Assembly: GCA_973895155.1 (NCBI GenBank)
Contig: OZ316891.1
Span: 461,558-525,557 of the forward strand
Reading direction: 5' to 3'
DNA from: Marsupella aquatica
Taxonomy: Eukaryota > Plantae > Marchantiophyta
DNA: 64,000 nucleotides
In this document: positions 1-10,654 of the stretch, piece by piece
Position numbering within the stretch: the stretch's first letter is position 1
How the letters are laid out: every line of letters begins with the position of its first letter
Notes under the pieces: generated by a model
What the model was told of the DNA's origin: nothing
Seen by the model: only the letters and a program-made list of their open reading frames with translations
Database searches by the model: none
Program-made: the position numbers and the translations under genes

Positions 1-2
1 GG

Positions 3-1874
3 ATGATCTCGATTGAAGTCGCTATCTTGTGAAGGATTGGTTTCACTGGTGGGCTCATGGCTTACCTGTATTGCCGGAGCCCTCCCTTCTCCTTCTGTTG
101 ATGTTGACGAAGAGTCGATCCTTTCCTCCGTAACCTTCCCTTTATTTTTGGCCAGCCCATCCCACCTTTCCTTCCTTCTGGTAGATCGAGTAGAGACCCG
201 GTAGCAATCATGATCTAAATCCTCCTCTGAGAAGGTTGATAGGGCTTCGGCCTCATCATCAGATGGTACGAACTCTGCCTCGGCATCCTCTTGCCATCCT
301 AGTTCGATGTGGTTGATTTGAACTCCTCCGGGGGTAGTACCTGGCGGTAAGATCTTGATCGGCAAAAGCTTATGATTTGCGGCCAGGCCTGCCAACCAAG
401 TAGGACATTGCCCTAGCATATGACCTTCCTGTCGGCATCCCATACATAGCTGAGCTGGTTGTCCATCACCCTGTTTGCGTGCATTCGGGCATTCTCTAGC
501 AAAATGGCCAGGTTGACCACAATTATAGCACGCCGCAAATCTTTGCACATTCGGCCTAGGAGGTACTGACGGGTTCTGAATAATCCGAGGATACATCTCT
601 CCTGGATTGTTCCTTAACCCTGACCACAGAGATGCAGGTCTGTTGGATAGGTCTCGTGCTCCAGTCTCACTGATGCCGAAAACACTATCAGCGGCATCTC
701 CCAAAAAGTACTCTACTTCTCCCTGACATGGTCTGATCTCGGCCACATGCCGAACATGATTAGTATTAAGCTTAGGACAAGCATCTTTATGGTGTCCGGT
801 TTTATAACATAAGGCACACCATACAGAGCTATCCTCCTGTACTACCTTCTTCTTTGGTTTTACCTCTGCAATGATAGCCTTAAGTTGCTCGGTAAGGGCT
901 ACGATGTTATCTGGTGGCTTAGCCTCCATCTTGACTTTCGTCTTCCCTCTCCTTCTGCCCTTCCTTTTCCTAGTTTTTTCTTCTTCAGAACTAGAAGATG
1001 ACTCACTCTTGCTACTCCCACTATCCGAGCTTGACTTATCACTTCTAGACTTCTTGGAATGTTTCTTCTTCTTATCTTTTTTCTTATGGGGTGATCCCTC
1101 CTCTGATGAGGAACTCTCAGACTTAAGCTGTTTCTTCCGGCTTGTGATATCTGCATTAATGTATAATTGAATATCCTTAATTGCTTCGGCTAAGGTCTCC
1201 GGGTTCTCCTTCCTAATTGCAAAACTCATCTTCTGTGGCAAAGCATTCACCAACCATTGAAGTTGCATACCTTCAGATGCATTGGTCTTTGTACGTCTTA
1301 CCAGTTTCTGAAAGCGTTGCAAGAACTTCCTGAAGGATTTGTTCTCCTTGAACCGAAGTTGTCCCAACTTCAGCACTGCTAGTTCTGAAGTTCCAATGGG
1401 TCGAAACTCCTTAACAAAGAGTGTTTTGAAGATATCCCAGATGGCTTGATCTTCCACATCTAATGCTCTGTACCAAGGCCTAGCCTCACCCTTGAACAGG
1501 CCGGGAAGAATCTGCATCTTGATGGCCGATTCTCCATTTGCTGCAGCGGTTCCCTCGAAATCATCCAACCATTCGTCCGGATCCTCATCTCCTCTCCCAT
1601 GAAATGCCTTGTAATGTATGCGCGACCGCTGGCTCAATCTGGTCCCTGGCCTCTCGTCTGGCCGTGCCTCTGGTTCCCCCATGTCGGTTGGAGACTCACT
1701 TCTCCTTACCGACTCTTCTTCTGGTATGTCTTCTTCGACGCCACTTCCAGTTTCGGAGCTACCAGCTCTTTTTGCCCCTCTCAGTCGCTGTGTATCATGC
1801 CACCCGGCGAGCTGCTGCAGTCGAGCTCTCTCCCGTTGAATCACTCTTTCTTCCCTCGGCGTAAGGTCAGTCAT
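3..1874 (-). CDS. gag: Gag polyprotein (partial, open to the window edge) with capsid-like region and three CCHC zinc knuckles
   Basis: Manual translation from ATG at 1874: MTDLTPREERVIQRERARL... HFMGEEDEDPDEWLDDFEGTAAANG... WCALCYKTGHHKDAC, CYNCGQPGHFAREC, CMGCRQEGHMLGQC. Probably missing from the ORF track because no stop occurs inside the window. Confidence 0.85.
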   Translation of the reverse strand, partial: MTDLTPREERVIQRERARLQQLAGWHDTQRLRGAKRAGSSETGSGVEEDIPEEESVRRSESPTDMGEPEARPDERPGTRLSQRSRIHYKAFHGRGDEDPDEWLDDFEGTAAANGESAIKMQILPGLFKGEARPWYRALDVEDQAIWDIFKTLFVKEFRPIGTSELAVLKLGQLRFKENKSFRKFLQRFQKLVRRTKTNASEGMQLQWLVNALPQKMSFAIRKENPETLAEAIKDIQLYINADITSRKKQLKSESSSSEEGSPHKKKDKKKKHSKKSRSDKSSSDSGSSKSESSSSSEEEKTRKRKGRRRGKTKVKMEAKPPDNIVALTEQLKAIIAEVKPKKKVVQEDSSVWCALCYKTGHHKDACPKLNTNHVRHVAEIRPCQGEVEYFLGDAADSVFGISETGARDLSNRPASLWSGLRNNPGEMYPRIIQNPSVPPRPNVQRFAACYNCGQPGHFARECPNARKQGDGQPAQLCMGCRQEGHMLGQCPTWLAGLAANHKLLPIKILPPGTTPGGVQINHIELGWQEDAEAEFVPSDDEAEALSTFSEEDLDHDCYRVSTRSTRRKERWDGLAKNKGKVTEERIDSSSTSTEGEGRAPAIQVSHEPTSETNPSQDSDFNRDH

Positions 1875-1921
1875 TACCTACGCTTCCGTTCTAACTTCAT
1901 ATCTCACGGCTTAAGAAATGC

Positions 1922-1939
1922 CCCCTCCATCTAGCGCCA
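1922..1939 (-). promoter_or_regulatory. Primer binding site (TGGCGCTAGATGGAGGGG) of the Gypsy element
   Basis: Starts with TGG four bases after the LTR-terminal CA and lies upstream of gag. The cognate tRNA was not identified. Confidence 0.75.
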
Positions 1940-1943
1940 AAAA

Positions 1944-4900
1944 TGTGGTGCGTCCCATGGCTCCCTAAACCCAAGAAACCCCCCAGCTCAAGCCGATTCC
2001 CGCAGGTTTCGTGCTTGGCGAGGCCGTTTCCGCGGCTTAGCGGCATGGGACGCTGCTAACCTTCTACTACTACTATTAACATTTTACACACATATACTGG
2101 ACAGATCCTTCATCGGGTCATGAGATATGTAGCCGGCCTAATATAGGCCTTCCCCTGTCTTCCCCTGTCTTCCCCTCCGTCTTGTTAGGTATGTTTGGAT
2201 TCCGCCGCCGGAATGATCCCCAATAGGCTTGGTTAAGCCGCTAAGACCTCTCTCAGCTCGACACATCCAACTCTCACTCCCCTGCTTACTTTCCTTCCTT
2301 CTGTTGATGTGGGCACTCTTCACACAAGTTAATGCGACACACAAATAGCAAAATGACTCATTCTGACTGAGTCATACCATGCACTTGCCATACAAACAGT
2401 ACATCTCATACACAAGTTCTGCGAACTAAGCCGTGAGGCCAACTCTATTCAGCTCTTAGGCATGAGGAAACATGAATATACACAAGGGTCACTGTATGAC
2501 TAACCGAGAGCTTCTCGTACTACTTGATCCCAGCCCGGCTGGTGCAAACTAAAAACTTGCTAAAGAAGAGGCCCTGAGCTCCCCGCTGCCCAGGTACTTA
2601 TCCTGGTAGTGGATCCGCCATTCTTTGCATCGTAAGCCTAATCTACTTAACAGTAATCTACTTGCCCGAATCTACCTATGTACAGCAAGGCAGGAGCACA
2701 AGTGTTGCTCCTACCAGTGGGACCGCAATCCCACTAAGCTAAGTGTCAGGGCCGCTCCTGGTTCTGATCCTAATCCTAAACGTGGAGATCCGTGCCCGCC
2801 CTGCCCACTCACGCCTCCTCCCTCCACGTCCGCCCTCCCTAAAAGGAACGGCGCCCTTGCACCGTCACGACACCGGTGGTGGATCCTCAATGGACGCCCC
2901 CAACACTTCCTCCTCAGCCACTGCCGTTGGCCCGCCTACTGACAGATTACCTGCCCTTGACCGAGTCAACTCTCCATCGGCCTGACTGGGTCCACCTTCG
3001 GCTTCAGCCTCGACAACTCCCACGGCTTCGGCTTCAGCCAACCCCACGGCTTCGGCTTCAGCCAACCCCACGGCTTCGGCCTCCCCTTCCCCTAGGGTAG
3101 TTGGATCCTTAGCCGTGACCCTGTCTGGGGTCGGTGCTGGGTCTACCTCCTTGATCACCACGGCCTGTGAAGTCGTATTACTCCTTGACCCTGAAGGTTT
3201 CCGCTTCTTCTTCGTTGGTGGCTCGGCAGCTGGTCCCTTCCCCTTCCCACTTACCTCCGGCACTGGTGCAGGTGGCGCGGCTTGTCCTTCGGCAATTACC
3301 ACCCCTGGTAACTGGTTTGTCCCAACAGGAGATGGACCTGCTGCAGCTAAGCATTTAAATACTGCGGCTTGTTTCTTCAGCCGCTCTGTTTGGTTGTCGG
3401 CCCGCCGCTGTAGGTTCTCCATCTTCCTCGTGATTTCCTCCAACTCCTCTTGGGTTTCATCCAGGTCCTTACGTGCCCCCTCCAGCTCGTTTTTGGCCTC
3501 CTCCTGCTCCCTGTGGGCTTCCTCCAATTCCTTCTTCAAGGTAGCCTTCTCCTCCTGGGTTGCTCTTAGCTCCTTGTCGAGCTCTGCAATGATGACAGAC
3601 TCCATCTGGTTCATCTTGGCGTAAGTCTGTTCGAGCATCTCGTCCTTCTCCCTTAGGTCGGCCTTGAAGCTGGCCGTCAGGGACGCAAGCTCCTGCTGCA
3701 GCGCCATAATCCCTTGATAGGATTTCCCTAACTCGACCTCCTTCTGCTCAAGGGCTCCGCGGATTTTCTCGAGCTCCCCTTTCAACGCCCATTCCTTTCT
3801 TTGGGTCTCCGCCATGGCCCGGCTGTTGGCTGTTATGTGGGCCTCCTCTGTATTCTTCAGCTCTTGCTTCCACTTTTCCCTTTCTTTGATCATGTCGGCC
3901 AACTCTTCCTGCGTCTGAGTCAGTTTATCCTTGATATTCTGATTATCAGCCTGCGCGGCGTCCAACTGCCCCTGCATGATGTTCAGCTCATGTCGTTTAA
4001 TCCGCAGTTCATCTTGGGCTTTCTTGGCCGCCCTTAGATCTTCAATCTCGGCTCCCATCCTCCTAAGCCGCCGAATGACCTCGTCCTTCTTGCTTCTCTC
4101 TAAAGCCACCGCTTCTTCTAATTGGTGCTTCTCCAACTGCTCCCTATGGAAAAAGGGTCCTACCTCCAACTCCTCTCCAAAGATGCCGAGCGCAAGTTCC
4201 CCACACATCTCACCATACTCCATGGCTCTATTCTTAGCATAGGTGGAGTAAGTAGAAGTGATCGGCATCGCCCATCGTGGCCTCTGCTCCCAAGCCGTCC
4301 TGCGGATCTCTTCAATCGTGGCTAGAGGTTTGCTTCCTTTTTTGGCTAGCCGCCTGATGTCCTCCGGCCAATCTCCTCCTGGTAAATCCTTTTCCTTAGC
4401 CAGGGCGGCCTCTTCCTCCTGCTTGATTCGCTCCTGAAATTCCTGCACCGTCTGTTTTATGCCGTCGAAGCTCGGGGGAGCAACATCTGGTGGGGGAGAC
4501 TCAGGGCTACTCTGCTGGTTGGGGTCCCCTCGCACTACCCTTGGAAGTGTGGGGACAAACCGGCCACAGGTCCTTACTCCTGGAACGTGATGGTCCGACC
4601 CATAGCCGGAATTATCATGGCTGCAGTCCTCCACTGCCTCCTCTACCTCTTGGATTTCCGGCTTCTCCCTCTCCTCTTCCTCGGTAGGAGCTTCAGGCAA
4701 TTCTGCCTCAGATTCGGAGCTTGAGGTTCCCACGTACATTCGAACACCTGGCTTGGATTCCGGCCTGATTCTCTCCTTGTCTCCAGCAAAGGGGTTTTCT
4801 CTTGTGAGCCGGTGTAGGCCTACCTCTGTAGTAGTGTCCTGCATTGTTGCCGTTGCCGTTGTTGTTGCCGATGCCGATTTCTTTTCTTTCTCCAGTAGTT

Positions 4901-6591
4901 TCAGCAGACTCTGCATGCCTGGTTGCTGCATCGGCAAGTCTTCCTTCCTGGGCCTAAACACCTGCTCGATCGTAGGACTAATAGGTGGTTGAGGCTTCTC
5001 AGCCAACGGCCTCGGTGTTGGAGCTTCCTCGGGTGCCCTTACCTGCAGGGGAAGTACCGGGGCAAAAGTCTGACCTCTGGCATACCGGCACAACAGCGGC
5101 ATGTGATAGCCAAGCCGCGACACGCTCCCCATGCTGATTACCTGCTGCTCCTCCTTTAAGATCTTCTTCAATTGGTTGAGGAGGTACCCGTTGTAGTCCC
5201 GGCTTGGGTCTGGCCTTTCTGCCAGATAGACCTGTGCCTTGCCGATCTCTGCCCTCGGCAAGTTACAATGCATGGTCACCCGCAAGAAGTCGATCATCTC
5301 TCCTATGTGCGGGTTGGTGCAGGTGTTCCGGAAGAAGCCATTCTTCGTTGATGGCCCGGGGAACGACCGGAACTCCTTGTCAGGCAAGGTCTTCCTGGTA
5401 TCAACTTTGGTCTTATTGCCCATCGGCAAGCCAAACACTTCGGCAATTACCTTGGGAGTAAGATAGAAATCCTTCCCATATATCCTCGTGCAATTGGTCT
5501 CGGGTTCCCATGACCCCACGAATTCTAATAGGTCTGACTCCGGTACCTCCGGCTTCAGCCATGGTAATCTTACAAAGGCCTCCAAGCCGGATCCGGCCAT
5601 GAAGCCTTGGTACTTCTTGGTCTGCATGGCCGTAAAGCATGCATCCTCCTCCCGTGCAAAATGTAGTTGCACCTCCACCGGTAGGGTTGCCGCCCAGCCC
5701 TTCCAGGTGTCATCCCTGGTTGGAATGGCCTTGATGGGATCGACCTCCTCCTCTTCGGCTTCTCCCTGCCTCCTGCTCTGCTGCTCGGCTGGCTTCTTTG
5801 GTGCCGCCGACCTCGTTCTTTTTGCCGGGGTGGCTTCATCGTTGACGGCTCCCTTCCTCTTCATCTCTGCTGCCGTGGAGGTTTCTCCTAGCACCGTTGC
5901 CTGGGTCCACCTTTTCGTGCTACCCTTTAATTACCAGTGGATGTCGTTGCAGTTCTTGATGGCCTCTCGGATGCCGACGACGCTGTCTTTGCAAAACAGA
6001 AGATCGTCGAGTTGATTGGAAGTAGGCGTCCACAGGAACTCGTCCTTGATGAGTTCGCCTCCTAAGAAAGCCGTCTTGTGCAGCTCCCACAATCGAGCGA
6101 GCTCCTGCCGTTCTCGAGCTGCCCTTTCTGACTCCTCGTCCTCGTAAGTCTTGATGTACTTAGTTGCCCGTTCGAACAGGCATCCCCAGAAATGTGCCGC
6201 TTGATTGACGTTGCTCATACCCTCCTTAGGTTGATCGTCGGTATCTACTCTCTCCCCGAGTGCTTGCCTAAGCAGCTGACAGTAGTTGGCCTCCCGTAGT
6301 CGTCTGCCTAGTTCGTGCTCGCAAATGAGCCACCATCTCCTGCAAGCGCTCCTTACCCCTCTCCTCTGCCGGTCCTTCTTCCCGTTGATCCTTCCTAGCC
6401 GCCGACGCTTAACGCGCCCTAACCCTAATCGGGTTTTCACCCTTAGCCTTACCTCCGGCCTCTGCCCGGGTTCCATGGTTGCCCCTAATTGTTTATATTT
6501 TCCTTGTTTTGTCACTATACTAAGGTGTTCCTAGGGTGCCTTCCTGCTTTACCCACTTAACCGGCCGAGTGATTCCTGTCTAGGCATCACA
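1944..6591 (-). repeat. Long terminal repeat, 4,648 bp (copy 1)
   Basis: TG...CA ends. The end TGTGGTGCGTCCCATGG recurs at 13134 and the end TAGGCATCACA recurs at 10654, each time abutting unrelated sequence, so both boundaries are independently defined. Confidence 0.85.
2865..6476 (-). CDS. LTR-encoded ~1,200-codon protein (PMD/plant-mobile-domain-like region, acidic/Pro-rich linker, long coiled coil); one premature TAA at 5931-5933 in this copy
   Basis: The 194-aa and 1009-aa ORFs are in one frame, separated by HW*LKGSTKRWTQATVLGET; copy 2 reads HWELKGSTEGWT with no stop. LLEFVGSWEPETNCTRIYGKDFYLTPKVIAEVFGLPMG resembles the PMD pattern LVERWxPETxTF...ITLEDVxxILGLP. The C-half is E/K/L-rich heptad-like; AEAEAVGL repeats at ~3001-3081. 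Confidence 0.65.
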
Positions 6592-9500
6592 CCGAGCGCA
6601 AGTTCCCCACATATCTCACCATACTCCATGGCTCTATTCTTAGCGTAGGTGGTGTAAGTAGAAGTGATCGGCATCGCCCATCGCGGCCTCTGCTCCCAAG
6701 CCATCTTGCAGATCTCTTCAATCGTGGCTAGAGGTTTGCTTCCTTTTTCGGCTAGCCGCCTGATGTCCTCCGGCCAATCTCCTCCTGGCAAATCCTTTTC
6801 GCTAGCCAGGGCTGCCTTTTTTGCTTCCCTAAGTCGTTCCTGAAATTCCTGTGCCGTTTGCTTTATGCCGTCAAAGCTCGGGGGAGCAACATCTGGTGGG
6901 GGAGACTCGGGGCTACTCTGCTGGTTGGGGTCCCCTCGAACTACCCTTGGAAGTGTGGGGATAAACCGGCCACAGGTCCTTACTCCTGGAACGTGATGGT
7001 CCGACCCATAGCCGGAGTTATCATGGCTGCAGTCCTCCACTGCCTCCTCCACCCCTTGGACTTCCGGCTTCTCCCTCTCCTCTTTGCCGATAGGAGCTTC
7101 AGGCAATTCTGCCTCAGATTCAGAGCTTGAGACTCCCACGTACATTCGAACACCCGGCTTGGATTCTGGCCTGATTCTCTCCTTATTTCCGATAAAGGGG
7201 TTTTCCCTTCTAAGTCTGCTTAGGTTGACCTCTGGGGCAGTGTCCTGTATTGGTGTCGCTGCCAAAGCTGGTGCCAGTGCCGTCTTTTCCTTCTCCAGCA
7301 TCTTCAGCAGATTCTGCATGCTTGGTTGCTGCATCGGCAAGTCTTCCTTCCTTGGCCTAAACACCTGCTCAATCGTAGGGCTAACAGGTGGTTGAGGCTT
7401 CTCTGCTACCGGCCTCGGTGCTGGAGCTTCCTCGGGTGTCCTTACCAGCAGGGGAAGTACTGGGGCAAAGGTCTGACCTCTGGCATACCAGCACAACAGC
7501 GGCATGTGATAGCCAAGCCGCGACACGCTCCCCATTACCTGCTGCTCCTCCTTTAAGATCTTCTTCAATTGGTTGAGGAGGTACCCATTGTAGTCCCGGC
7601 TTGGGTCTGGCCTCTCTGCCAGATAGACCTGTGCCTTGCCGATCTCTGCCCTCGGCAAGTTACAATGCATGGTCACCCGCAAGAAGTCGATCATCTCTCC
7701 TATGTGCGGGTTGGTGCAGGTGTTCCGGAAGAAGCCATTCTTCGTTGATGGCCTGGGGAACGACCGGAACTCCTTGTCAGGCAAGGTCTTCCTGGTATCA
7801 ACTTTGGTCTTATTGCCTATCGGCAAGCCAAACACTTCGGCAATCACCTTGGGAGTAAGATAAAAATCCTTCCCATATATCCTCGTGGAATTAGTCTCGG
7901 GTTCCCATGACCCCACGAATTCTAATAGGTCTGAATCCGACACCTCCGGCTTCAGCCATGGTAATCTTACAAAGGCCTCTAAGCCGGATCCGGCCATGAA
8001 GCCTTGGTACTTCTTGGTCTGCATGGCCGTAAAGCATGCATCCTCCTCCCGTGCAAAATGTAGTTGCACCTCCTCTGGTAGGGTTGCCGCCCAGCCTTTC
8101 CAGGTGTCATCCCTGGTTGGAATGGCATTGATGGGATCGTCCTCCTCTTCTGCTTCTCCCTGCCTCCTGCTCTGCTGCTCGGCTGGCTTCTTTGGTGCCG
8201 CCGACCTCGTTCTTTTTGCCGGGGTGGCTTCATCGTTGACGGCTCCCTTCCTCTTCATTTCGGCTCCCGTGGATGTCTCTCCTAGCACGGTTGCCTTTCA
8301 CTAGTACATTTTACCTCCTTTTTCCGATTCTCTCCACATCGGACGCCTTTGTAAAATAAAATTTGAAAAACCATATATCCGATACTACTAGCATCGCAAC
8401 ATGCCATTTTAATAGTATCGGATATCGACAATCGGACTTCTATCGGAAAGTCCGATGGTGGGAGAATGGGAAAGTCCGATGGTGGGAGAATGGGAAAGTC
8501 CGATGCTAGGAGAATGGGAAAGTCTGATGGTGAGAGAATGGGAAAGTCCGATGCTAGGAGAATGGGAAAGTCCGATGGTGAGAGAATGGGAAAGTCCGAT
8601 GCTAGGAGAATGGGAAAATCCGAAGCAATCAAAATGGGATATGCATTTCAGCGGACGTGATATGCTCAGGTCACCCATCTCTTCCTTTAATTGGGTTTCT
8701 ACTTTCATTTGGAACTATGAGCTAGGTGCCCATCTCCCTTGACATGTGAACTCTTCAAATTTTCTCAACTAATTGGTCACCCATCCCAATTGCTATTCCT
8801 CCAACATGAGCTTAACTTTGTGGTTCTTATTCCTTACATTGTACATGTAAGCTTAGCACTTTTGTTGTTTGACTTAAAGTGTTTGGGGATTTTATACACT
8901 TGTGAGTTTACTAAGACCCATAATTTGGATCCATTCTTGATCCATTTTTCTCTATCATGAGATTAGATCTTTGCATCAAGTGACCTATTCTAGTTACCCT
9001 ATTACATTCCCCTAGGAGAAACCAATAGAAATCTGGCAGGGGTCATTCATCGATAGTAAAGCCCTCCTTCATTAGATTTGATATGGGATAATTATGGCTT
9101 ATTAGTTATGGATGATATTTTGGTCCTTCCAAAGCCTCAGCGTCAATGGCTCCTGATTGTCTCATCTTTTATCAACTATGTTGTTGTTGGACTTGCAACA
9201 AAGACTACATGGGACAAGCAACCTCCTTCTAGATGATGAATTTTGGACTTGGCATGTTGAGCACATATTTCCGTAAGGGAACAATATGTTGGGTCTTGGA
9301 ATGAGGCAAAAACAACACTCAAGTCCATTTGCCTCAAGTATGAAGTTATTCATGCATGCAAGAATGATTGCATCTTTTGGGAAGAGTATGTCGGTGCAAC
9401 CACATACCCCATCTAACACATCAAAACTTTTCATTCTAACACAATCAAAAAAATTCTTTTTGTCATAACCAGTCTTTCCCATACTCCCAGCATCGGACTT

Positions 9501-10539
9501 TCCCATTCTTCTAGCATCGGACTTTCCCATACTCCCAGCATCGGACTTTCCCATTCTTCCAGCATCGGACTTTCCCATTCTTCTAGCATCGGACTTTCCC
9601 ATACTCCCAGCATCGGACTTTCCCATTCTCCTAACATCGGACTTTGCCATGTTAGCACAATCGGATATAATATCCGTTATTATTAACTACGGAAAGTTTC
9701 CGATCAATATTGTAATGCACATCATTTTCGTTACAAAAAACATCGGACATATCAATCAAAGTTTCTGTTGAGGGATCCGATGTGTTTTCTAACGGATATG
9801 ATCCGTTTTTTAATGCATCGGAAAGGTTCCGTTGTCAATTATATCGGAAATGAAGATATCCGAAGCCGAGAGTATGGCATATTGCCATTTTTTGATAATC
9901 AGAATTTCCGATGCTAAAAGAATCGGACGCCAATTGTTCGCAAAAATTGAGCATCGGAAATCAGCTTAATATGTACTAGTGTTTGTCCACCCCTCCGTGC
10001 TACCCTTCAACTCCCAGTGTAGGTTGTTGCAGCGTTTGATGGCTTCTCGGATGCCGACGACTCTATCTTCGCAAAACAGAAGATCGTCGAGCTGATTGGA
10101 AGTAGGAGTCCACAAGAACTCGGCCTTGATGAGTTCGCCTCCTAAGAAAGCCGTCTTCTGCACCTCCCACAATCGAGCGAGCTCCTGCCGTTCTCGAGCT
10201 GCCCTTTCTGATTCTTCGTCCTCGTAAGTCTTGATGTACTCAGTTGCCCGTTCGAACAGGCATCCCCAGAAATGTGTCGCTTGATTGACGTTGCTCATAC
10301 CCTCCTTAGGTCGATCGTCGGTATCTCCTAAGCAGCTGACAGTAGTTGGCCTCCCGTAGTCGTCTGCCTAGTTCGTGCTTGCAAATGAGCCACCATTCCC
10401 TGCAAGCGCTCCTTACCCCTCTCCTCTTCCGGTTCTTCCTCCCGTTGATCCTTCCTAGCCGCCGACGCTTAGCGCGCCCTAACCCTAATCTTGTTTTCAC
10501 CCCCAGCGTCCTTACCTCTGGCCTCGGCCCGGGTTCCAT
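6592..10539 (-). pseudogene. Disrupted second copy of the LTR-encoded PMD-like/coiled-coil ORF
   Basis: The 77-aa, 110-aa and 579-aa ORFs are homologous to copy 1. There is a ~20-nt deletion near 10326, a CACTA insertion and truncation at 6592. Confidence 0.75.
8299..9981. mobile_element. Non-autonomous CACTA (En/Spm) DNA transposon, 1,683 bp
   Basis: TIRs CACTAGTACAT...ATGTACTAGTG with a 3-bp TSD TTT (8296-8298 / 9982-9984). 24-bp subterminal repeats GGGAAAGTCCGATGCTAGGAGAAT at ~8446-8625 and inverted at ~9475-9650. The host LTR is continuous once the element is removed. Confidence 0.92.
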
Positions 10540-10654
10540 AGTCGCCCCTAATTGTTTATATTTTCCTTGTTTTGTCCCTATACTAAGGTGTTTCTAGGGT
10601 GCACTCCTGCTTTACCTACTTAACTGGACGAGTGATTCCTGGCTAGGCATCACA

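Larger units (their letters stand above)
1..6591 (-). mobile_element. Ty3/Gypsy-type LTR retrotransposon, 5' part (5' LTR + PBS + gag); continues off the left edge
   Basis: On the minus strand: LTR TGTGATGCC...CACCACA (6591->1944), then TTTT and a PBS-like TGGCGCTAGATGGAGGG, then gag. It sits inside the ORF of a second copy of the same LTR, which resumes at 6592 and matches 4186 onward. Confidence 0.85.
6592..10654 (-). repeat. Second, older copy of the same LTR, interrupted by the younger element (junction 6591/6592) and by a CACTA element
   Basis: 6592-8298 matches ~4186-5903 and 9985-10654 matches ~5906-6591. It ends in GGCATCACA directly against RT-coding sequence. Confidence 0.85.

Noticed and set aside
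2865-5894. Retroviral envelope gene, or host myosin/SMC-like gene
   Set aside because: No signal peptide or transmembrane segment is visible, the coiled coil is non-specific, and the ORF lies inside an LTR.
8282-9658. Repeat-protein ORFs (WESPMLGE, SDFPIL), and similar ones at 37656-38136, 39469-39942, 47652-47969 and 51478-51785
   Set aside because: They are translations of non-coding tandem repeats that are open in several frames.
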